Below are positions 31,925-39,644 of a stretch of 64,000 bases of DNA, in pieces. Numbering within the stretch: position 1 is the first letter of the stretch; each line of letters starts with the position of its first letter. The translations under genes were made by a program, and so were the position numbers. The notes beneath the pieces are model-generated. The model was given only the letters and a program-made list of their open reading frames with translations, had not been told where the DNA came from and ran no database searches. The DNA comes from Chitinophaga pinensis (GTDB lineage: Bacteria > Bacteroidota > Bacteroidia > UBA4408), in contig CAMAVS010000010.1 in assembly GCA_945861665.1 (NCBI GenBank), positions 13,371 to 77,370 of the forward strand. The letters run 5' to 3'.

Positions 31925-32544
31925 GTGTTGAAATGCAGTCTAATTTGTTTTATAAATTCAACTGCAATATGTCTGTCAAGAAGTATAGTAAACATAATAC
32001 CGAAAAGTGCACCAAAAAAATGCGCATCGTGTCCAATGTTATCACTGTTCTTTTTTGCCATATAAAAAGAGTATCCAAGGTACAATAAACCAAACACAAT
32101 AGCGGGCATATGAAAAGGAATAAAAATGAATCCCATTGAAGCCATTGGATTCAAAAGTATACAAGTAAACACTACTGCTGATGTTGCTCCTGAAGCACCA
32201 ACAGCGCTGTACCAAAGATGTGTTTTGTTTTTTTTATAAGCCGGAATTACCGAAGTTACTGTTCCACCAACGTATAAGAGTATGAAATAAAGTAAGGATT
32301 TTGAGCCAAAGTAGTCAGAGTAAAAATGATCCACCACTTCTCCAAAAGAGTAAAGTACAAACATGTTGATACACAAGTGAGGTATATCAGCGTGTACTAA
32401 AGCGTATGTGAAAAACCTATGCCACTCTTTGTTGCTTTGAATAACAGTAGGAATAAATTTAAGCTTGTACATTGCATCTTTGCGTTGAAAAGCAGCTAGC
32501 GAAACGGTACAAGTAATTAATACAATTATAATGGTAATTGACAC
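31921..32544 (-). CDS. Rhomboid family intramembrane serine protease
   Basis: WHRF, HAD..HL..NM, GASG, HDAHFFGA; GTG start. Confidence 0.93.
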   Translation of the reverse strand: MSITIIIVLITCTVSLAAFQRKDAMYKLKFIPTVIQSNKEWHRFFTYALVHADIPHLCINMFVLYSFGEVVDHFYSDYFGSKSLLYFILLYVGGTVTSVIPAYKKNKTHLWYSAVGASGATSAVVFTCILLNPMASMGFIFIPFHMPAIVFGLLYLGYSFYMAKKNSDNIGHDAHFFGALFGIMFTILLDRHIAVEFIKQIRLHFNT

Positions 32545-32670
32545 AGTGCGAAATTACAATTTAAAGCAATAGGATTGCATATTCTTCAACAAATTAGTAT
32601 TCTATAGCATATTGTTTTTGAAAGAGTACATTGAAGTTTTTTAGTATCTTTATCAAGTAAAATTATCCCT

Positions 32671-34299
32671 ATGAGAACAAAATACTTTTCAATAACAGCC
32701 ATTGTTGGTTTATTTTTTAGCATAAACTTGAATGCACAAGTATTAACATCTTCCAATCTTCCAATCATTATAATAAATACAAATGGTTTAACCATTGTAG
32801 ATGAACCCAAAATTGTAGCCGATATGGGTATTATATATAACGGTGTGGGAGTGCGTAACAACTTAACAGATAGTTTTAATAACTATAATGGTAAAATTGG
32901 TATTGAGTACCGAGGGTCAAGTTCCCAATGGATGCCACAAAAGCCATACGGTATTCGTACGCAAGATTTGCAGGGTCTTGCTTTAAACGTTTCATTATTG
33001 GGTATGCCTGCCGATAATGATTGGGCGCTGTATGCTCCTTACGATGATAAAACCTGTATCAGAAATATATTAACCTTTAAAATTGGTCGCGAAATGGGAC
33101 AATGGGCCCCACGCACCGTGCTGTGTGAGTTGGTAGTGAATGGCAGCTATGAAGGAATTTATGTGTTGATGGAAAAAGTAAAGAAAGGGAATAATCGTGT
33201 AAATATTTCGAAATTAGATTTGGATGATAATGCTGGAGATTCACTTACAGGAGGCTACATTATTAAAGTAGACAAAACAACAGGGAATTTTGGCGGAAGT
33301 TTTCCTTCAGCTTATTACAATAATTACAACTATCAGTATCATTATCCGGATGGATCTGATATGACAGTGCAGCAAAAGGTATATATCAAGCAGTTTGTTG
33401 ACTCCTTTGAAAATGCGATGTATGGCGTTAATTTTGCCGATACACTTGTTGGATACAAAAAGTATATTAAAGTAGGTTCTTTTATTGATTTTATGATTGT
33501 AAATGAGATAAGCAGGAACGTTGACGGCTATAGAATAAGTAGTTATTTGCACAAAGATAAGTACAGCAAAGGCGGTAACTTGGTTGCTGGTCCACTTTGG
33601 GACTTTAATTTGGCGTGGTGGAATGCCGATTATTGCAGGGGGTTTATGGTGGATGGTTGGATGTATGATTTCAATGCCTATTGTGGTGGAGGTTTGGATG
33701 TGCCTGCTTTTTGGCCTAAGTTAATGACCGATTCAAATTATAACAACCGTTTACGTTGTCGTTGGGATTGGCTTAGAACAAAAACACTTGATTTAAATTA
33801 TTTAGATACTTACATTGATTCATTGGGTAATTATTTGAACGAAGCACAGCAACGTCATTTTCAACGCTGGCCGATAATTGGAATTTATACTTGGCCGAAT
33901 CCAAGTCCAATACCAACCAGCTATCAGGGAGAATTGGATGCACTTAAAACCTGGAATCACAACCGTTTCCCTTGGCTTGACGATAATTGGCCGGGAACCT
34001 GTTACAGTGTTGGATTAGATGGGGACGACAAGGCCTTAGAATCTTCCTTAAGTGTATACCCCAATCCTAGCAATAGTACCATCAGTATGAATTACTTTTT
34101 ATCTGCAAAATCAAAGGTTTCTATTCAATTGGTAAATGCACTAGGTGAAACTATTAAAACAATTGATTTAGGTGAACAGCAACCGGGTAGTTACCAAAAA
34201 AATATAGATGGATTGGATAAAATTTCGAACGGAGTGTATTTGTTAAAATTATCTACCAACCAATCTGTTATTACAAAATCAATCGTAAAGTCTGAATAA
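32671..34299 (+). CDS. CotH kinase family protein with T9SS type-A sorting domain
   Basis: IEYRGSSS, DWAL.A.Y.D, G.YVLME, NVDGY, GPLWDFNLA; C-terminal VYPNP...GVYLLKL...KSIVK. Confidence 0.9.
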   Translation: MRTKYFSITAIVGLFFSINLNAQVLTSSNLPIIIINTNGLTIVDEPKIVADMGIIYNGVGVRNNLTDSFNNYNGKIGIEYRGSSSQWMPQKPYGIRTQDLQGLALNVSLLGMPADNDWALYAPYDDKTCIRNILTFKIGREMGQWAPRTVLCELVVNGSYEGIYVLMEKVKKGNNRVNISKLDLDDNAGDSLTGGYIIKVDKTTGNFGGSFPSAYYNNYNYQYHYPDGSDMTVQQKVYIKQFVDSFENAMYGVNFADTLVGYKKYIKVGSFIDFMIVNEISRNVDGYRISSYLHKDKYSKGGNLVAGPLWDFNLAWWNADYCRGFMVDGWMYDFNAYCGGGLDVPAFWPKLMTDSNYNNRLRCRWDWLRTKTLDLNYLDTYIDSLGNYLNEAQQRHFQRWPIIGIYTWPNPSPIPTSYQGELDALKTWNHNRFPWLDDNWPGTCYSVGLDGDDKALESSLSVYPNPSNSTISMNYFLSAKSKVSIQLVNALGETIKTIDLGEQQPGSYQKNIDGLDKISNGVYLLKLSTNQSVITKSIVKSE

Positions 34300-34305
34300 A
34301 AAATT

Positions 34306-35676
34306 ATGCAACCACTTCCATACATTGAAAAAAATAAAGATCGTTTTATAAGCGAGTTGTTCGAATTATTAAGAATCCCATCTGTTAGTGCCGACAGTAA
34401 ATACAAGGCTGATGTGTTAAAGACCGCAGAAGCAGTAAAAGAAAAAATAAAAACAGCAGGTGCCGATACGGTAGAAATTTGCCCTACTGCAGGCTATCCT
34501 ATTGTGTATGGAGAAAAAATAATCGACCCTTCACTACCAACTGTATTGGTGTATGGGCATTACGATGTTCAACCTGCCGACCCAATTAATTTATGGACAT
34601 CACCTCCTTTTGAGCCTGTTTTGAAAGATGGGAATATATACGCTCGCGGTGCTTGTGACGATAAGGGGCAAATGTATATGCACGTAAAAGCATTTGAGTT
34701 TATGATGCAAACAAATTCTTTGCCATGTAACATTAAATTTATGATTGAAGGGGAGGAAGAAATTGGTTCTGATAATCTTGGGATTTTTGTTGCCAACAAC
34801 AAAGAGAAACTAAAAGCAGATATCATTTTAATTTCCGATACCGGTATTATTGCAAACGATATTCCTTCTCTAACGGTAGGTTTGCGTGGCTTGAGTTATT
34901 TAGAAGTTGAAGTAACAGGTCCTAACCGCGATTTGCACTCCGGATTGTATGGAGGAGCTGTTGCGAATCCCATCAATGTGTTGTGTGAAATGATAGCAGG
35001 AATGAAAGATGAAAATAATCACATCACCATTCCCGGGTTTTACGATGATGTTGAAGTGTTAAGTACAGAAGAAAGAGCAGAAATGGCAAAAGCTCCTTTT
35101 AGTTTAGATGAATATAAAAAGGCACTTGACTTGAGTGATATTAACGGAGAAAAAGGATACAGCACAAATGAACGTATTTCCATTCGACCAACATTGGATG
35201 TAAATGGTATTTGGGGCGGATATACCGGAGAAGGTGCTAAAACGGTCATTGCGTCAAAAGCCTATGCAAAAATTTCTATGCGTTTGGTTCCAAACCAAAT
35301 AAGCGATAAAATGACAAAACTGTTTACTGCCTATTTCGAAAAGGCTGCTCCACCCTCTGTGAAAGTAAAAGTTACTCCGCATCATGGAGGCGAGGCTGTG
35401 GTAACCCCTTCCAATTCTGTTGCCTATAAAGCAGCAAGTATGGCGATGGAAAAAACATTTGGTAAAAAACCTATTCCATTTCGTTCAGGCGGAAGTATTC
35501 CTATTGTAGCAATGTTTAAATCTGAATTAGGATTAGACAGTGTGTTAATGGGCTTCGGATTAGACTCCGATGCGATACATTCACCCAACGAGCACTTCGG
35601 TGTTTTTAACTACTTAAAAGGAATTGAAACCATCCCTTATTTTTATCAGTACTTCGCTGAGCTAAGTAAAAAATAA
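34306..35676 (+). CDS. M20 family dipeptidase
   Basis: YGHYDVQP, ARGACDDKGQ, EGEEE, DLHSG, GGSIP, HSPNE. Confidence 0.95.
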   Translation: MQPLPYIEKNKDRFISELFELLRIPSVSADSKYKADVLKTAEAVKEKIKTAGADTVEICPTAGYPIVYGEKIIDPSLPTVLVYGHYDVQPADPINLWTSPPFEPVLKDGNIYARGACDDKGQMYMHVKAFEFMMQTNSLPCNIKFMIEGEEEIGSDNLGIFVANNKEKLKADIILISDTGIIANDIPSLTVGLRGLSYLEVEVTGPNRDLHSGLYGGAVANPINVLCEMIAGMKDENNHITIPGFYDDVEVLSTEERAEMAKAPFSLDEYKKALDLSDINGEKGYSTNERISIRPTLDVNGIWGGYTGEGAKTVIASKAYAKISMRLVPNQISDKMTKLFTAYFEKAAPPSVKVKVTPHHGGEAVVTPSNSVAYKAASMAMEKTFGKKPIPFRSGGSIPIVAMFKSELGLDSVLMGFGLDSDAIHSPNEHFGVFNYLKGIETIPYFYQYFAELSKK

Positions 35677-36689
35677 TGCGAATGACAAACAGTCGTAGAA
35701 GTTTTTTGAAAAAAAGCGGAACAGGATTGATGGCTGCTATTGCTGCTCCTGCTATTCTACCTGCGGGAAGTTTATTTGCCGCATCCGGCAATCAAAAAAT
35801 AAAACACATAGTATTGTGTATAATGGGAGGCGGTTTGCGTAACAGCGAAACAATTGGGATGCAGTATGGAAACTTAATGCCGAATATTTTTTCCACATTA
35901 AAACAGCAAGGAACTTTCTTCAAAGGTTTTACCTACGCTAATGGACCAACAGGTCATTATAACGCACATACCGCACTCTTAACAGGTATTTATACAAAGG
36001 AAGATTTAAACGTAAAGAAAAATCCCGATTACCCAACGCTGTTTGAATACTATAAAAAGCACAGCAAAAATAAACAAAATGCTTGGTGGGTTTCCAATAT
36101 ACTAGGACCGTACCCATCGCTCACACACAGCAGCGATTGGGCTTATGGTAAAGAGTTTGCTTCACAATTTCATTTGCCTCAAGAAAAATTTCACCTCTAC
36201 AGCAATGATATCAGTAATGTATTGCACGCCTGTAACATCATTGAAAAATACCGACCTGAATTGCTGGTGGTAAATATGCAGGATGCGGACATTGCACACT
36301 CTAACTTTACAGCTTATTGCGAAAGTATTAAAAATGCGGATTATGCTTTAAATAGCTTGTGGAATAAAATACAAAGCACCCCGGGAATGGCAAACAATAC
36401 GGTGCTTATAAGCTTGCCCGAACACGGCAGAAATGAAAAGGGGAACAGTATTATTGATGTAAATGGTTTTGAAGGATTGGATCATACAGGCGATACTGCT
36501 TCGCGCGAATTGTTTTGTTTGATGTTGGGACCCGATAATGTAATAAAGCAAAATCGCAGCATTGAAAAGCAAAGTGGCGAAAGCATAGATGTACTTCCTA
36601 CCATTGCTAATTTGTTAGGATTTTACGAAAATATTCCGGCAGTGTACCGCAAAAAAATGGGTAAAATATTGGATAACGCATTTGTATGA
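35676..36689 (+). CDS. Tat-exported alkaline-phosphatase/sulfatase superfamily protein
   Basis: SRRSFLK twin-arginine signal, GGLRNSE, TGH...HTALLTG, D.DIAH, PEHGR, DH, DVLPTIA. Confidence 0.7.
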   Translation: MRMTNSRRSFLKKSGTGLMAAIAAPAILPAGSLFAASGNQKIKHIVLCIMGGGLRNSETIGMQYGNLMPNIFSTLKQQGTFFKGFTYANGPTGHYNAHTALLTGIYTKEDLNVKKNPDYPTLFEYYKKHSKNKQNAWWVSNILGPYPSLTHSSDWAYGKEFASQFHLPQEKFHLYSNDISNVLHACNIIEKYRPELLVVNMQDADIAHSNFTAYCESIKNADYALNSLWNKIQSTPGMANNTVLISLPEHGRNEKGNSIIDVNGFEGLDHTGDTASRELFCLMLGPDNVIKQNRSIEKQSGESIDVLPTIANLLGFYENIPAVYRKKMGKILDNAFV

Positions 36690-37150
36690 AAAAAATAATT
36701 TCATTTTTATTTCTTGTTACGCTTGCATTGTTTGCAACATCATGTAAAGAGTTACAACCGGTAGAAATTGTCGGCATTGAATCGGCTAAAATTATTACAA
36801 TGGATGCCAAGGGAATAGAAATTGAGTTGATGATGAAATTGAAAAATCCAAACAGTATGGGCTTTACTGTTACAGGGGGCGACTTGGATGTTCAATTAGG
36901 AAAAATAAATATGGGCAAGGCACACTTAAAAGGTAAAGTGAAAGTTCCTGCCAATTCCGAAAAATCACATACTTTTCGTATAGTTTCCTCGGCAAGTGAT
37001 TTATTGTCGGGAGGATTGTCGTCACTTTTATCCATTGCTACCAATGGCACTTCCAATGTTAATGTAAAAGGATTTATTAAAGTACGCGCCTTTGGTATTA
37101 GTAAAAATTTCCCCATTGACGAAAAGGCAAAAGTGCCGATGATGAAGTAG
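36686..37150 (+). CDS. LEA_2 / WHy domain lipoprotein
   Basis: ATSC lipobox, L.NPN motif, KVPANSE. Confidence 0.82.
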   Translation: MKKIISFLFLVTLALFATSCKELQPVEIVGIESAKIITMDAKGIEIELMMKLKNPNSMGFTVTGGDLDVQLGKINMGKAHLKGKVKVPANSEKSHTFRIVSSASDLLSGGLSSLLSIATNGTSNVNVKGFIKVRAFGISKNFPIDEKAKVPMMK

Positions 37151-37154
37151 GGGA

Positions 37155-37623
37155 ATGTTAATTTTTTGTTTAATTTTTCAATGAGTATTACATAATAATA
37201 ATCTGCAACGGGCAATGGTTGTCCATTAAAGTTAACATCTCAAGATTTTATATTCGATTGAGCAGAAAATAACTCTTGACCCCACCTATTAAATATTTTA
37301 ACTGTTGCGTCCGAATAATTGTTTAAACAAGGGGTTTCCCAATAGTCATTATATCCATCATTATTAGGAGAAAATCCATTTGGTATTACACAATCCTCAT
37401 CAATAACTTCAATTTCATAATCTGGTTGCTGAAAACCTTAAGTAATTAAATCACTATTTATATTAACCGTTTCTACCAAACACATTTCTCCAATAGAATA
37501 TGAATTAGAAAAAGTAGAGTTTGAAAAATAAAATCCTGAACTGCAAATTACATTAGGAGAATTTAATTGCCCTTTTGCTATTGAAAATGTGATCAAAAAA
37601 AATAAAAGGTAAAGTAATCTCAT
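37155..37623 (-). pseudogene. Small T9SS type-B cargo pseudogene (two nonsense codons, 3' truncated)
   Basis: One frame reads signal peptide...SYSIGE...LIT*GFQQP...IPNGFSPNNDGYNDYW...IFNRWGQ...KS*DVNFNGQPLPVADYYYVI. Stops are TAA 37440-37438 and TGA 37242-37240. Confidence 0.85.
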
Positions 37624-37820
37624 TATTGTTTATTTGTTATTTGAACTTATAGGTAAATGGTGTTATAACTTTAATTTAAATTAATTTATTTTTCAATTTT
37701 CAAAATTAATATACGTCAGTGAATTGGGGCTGCAGTGATGTAATTGTTTGTTTTTTTAATGTAATAATCTCAATTTAAAATATTAATATAAAACGGGAAA
37801 ATTTATTATTTTTCGATCAA

Positions 37821-38340
37821 TTAAAGTTTATGATCTCTTACAGCTCTTACACCATAAACAGAAAATAACTCTTGATCACTTTGCAACATTACAACTTCGC
37901 CATTGATGATAGATATTCTAAGGAACATTTTCACATCCCCATTTTCGTTGTAAGCATCAGGTTCATATCCCAATCCTAAATAATAATTAGTTTTAAACGT
38001 GCCTAACTTATCATTTTGTTCGTATATCACATTCAATTCAGCTTCAGATGGTAATCAGCCAACCATCACCAAGTTTTTGACATGCTATATCAGCTTGTTT
38101 TGAATCAAAAAAGCCAAGATCTTTTGTGGTAACATCGAGGTTATCAATTGTAATAAATTCAATGGATTTATTTTCCTTTAAAGCTATTGTTTCCGATTTA
38201 TTCTTTGCAACGGTATCCATAAATTTACCAACTGTTTTAACCTCATCAGATAAAACAGTTGGAGATTTATTTGTATCATTATTTGTGTTACATGCGAATA
38301 ACAAAAAACTAATATTAATTAGAAGAGCAAAATGTTTCAC
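37821..38340 (-). pseudogene. Frameshifted DUF1566/Lcl-like lipoprotein
   Basis: LFAC lipobox. Removing one base near 38057 joins the two listed ORFs as ACQKLGDGW-R-LPSEAELNVIY...VRAVR. The span is 520 nt = 3n+1. Confidence 0.8.
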
Positions 38341-38349
38341 AAGTTTAAA

Positions 38350-39388
38350 TTAATAGTAACCTGAGCCACCGATATAATCTGTCGATTTATCTCTGTTTAA
38401 ATAACTATTTATTGCCGATTTAACATCCAATTGTTCACCTGTTCTATTTAATAACTCCAGTTTAGGTGGTGGTAATTTTGTAATGTTATTTATCTTATCT
38501 ATTGTAATAGCCTTACCTTCATAAATACCAGAAAAACCAGATGCTTTAGATAAACACATTGTTTTTCCGAATACATTATCTAAATTTGATGCTTGGTTTT
38601 GAAATTCCTTTGTATCTCCTCCATCCATATTTAAATTCCCAACCCTATAATATCGACCACTTTTTAAATCTGAAATAAAATTATTAAAGCCTGCAACATT
38701 TTCAATTTCATTGAATGCATTTACACTGCCAGTTATTCCGCCGATAGAACCTTCGTTCCAATTGAAAGCATGGATTGTGTTTGCGGCAATATCTAATTTA
38801 CTACTATCTAATAAGAAATTATGTGATTTTGTATCTACTAGCAAATAAAACTCATCAATCATAATGCCTTTGAAGAAAAGATTTTCTTTCATTACAGAGT
38901 CCAAAGTAATATAAATGTTCGCTTTTTTATTAGAAGATGAAAAAGCTGTGTTTTGTCTGTATACATCATGATTTCCTAAATAAACTACTTCGTTTATTGT
39001 AATATGAGTTCTAAAAAACTTATATTGGCCACCCTTTTTAAATCTTTCTTCGTTGAATTCACTAATCGTATTGTAAGTATAGGTAGGTAAGACTGGTAAA
39101 TCTTCACCCTCAATTTTTATTAACTCTTTATTTTTTAAACTTTCAAATACCTTTTCACCTGCTGAAAGAATTATTGCACGTGCTGCAGCATCTTCTTTAA
39201 AATGATCTAATAAATCTTTAAAAGGCTCTCTTAAATCATCTATTGATTCAATATTAACACCTTGAACCATAAAATCGTTTGCGGCTTTTTGAATACAACC
39301 ACATGCGTCTTCTGGTTTTTTAGAACAACTTTGCTAAAAGAATTATTGCAATGAAAATTGCACTAATATTTATTGTTAATTTTTTCAT
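38350..39388 (-). pseudogene. Hypothetical lipoprotein with +1 frameshift in the lipobox
   Basis: ATG 39388 gives MKKLTINISAIFIAIILLA, then one extra A (about 39331), then SCSKKPEDACGCIQKAANDF in frame with the 306-aa ORF. The span is 1039 nt = 3n+1. Confidence 0.8.
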
Positions 39389-39644
39389 TTTTTAATTGGT
39401 TTAGTTTGCTCTTACTCATTGGCTTTTCAGATTACGCCCCGTTTTTTTGTGCTTCTGGCTGCACATTTATTATTTTATAAATAAAAACAATACAACTAAA
39501 GTGAGGTTGCAGTTTGCGTATTTATTTATTTTTCTTGCCATGTAAAATTGATGTCTCCATTGTTTTGGTAAGTATAAGATTTTTTAATGGCGTTCCATTT
39601 AATTGGCGCTCTTAATGTTTTTTAAATTGTTTAATATTTTTTAC

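Noticed and set aside
36892-37215. 107-aa minus-strand ORF
   Set aside because: It is the tail of the 37155-37623 pseudogene frame running on antisense through the LEA_2 gene
37640-37745. dif/attC-like recombination site in the islet spacer (GTTATAAC palindrome; imperfect ACGTCAGTG...CAGTGATGT repeat)
   Set aside because: Does not fit XerC/D arm spacing or attC box structure, and occurs once
37821-38340. Complete diversity-generating retroelement
   Set aside because: Only a possible target-type domain is present; no reverse transcriptase, Avd or template repeat was seen in the window
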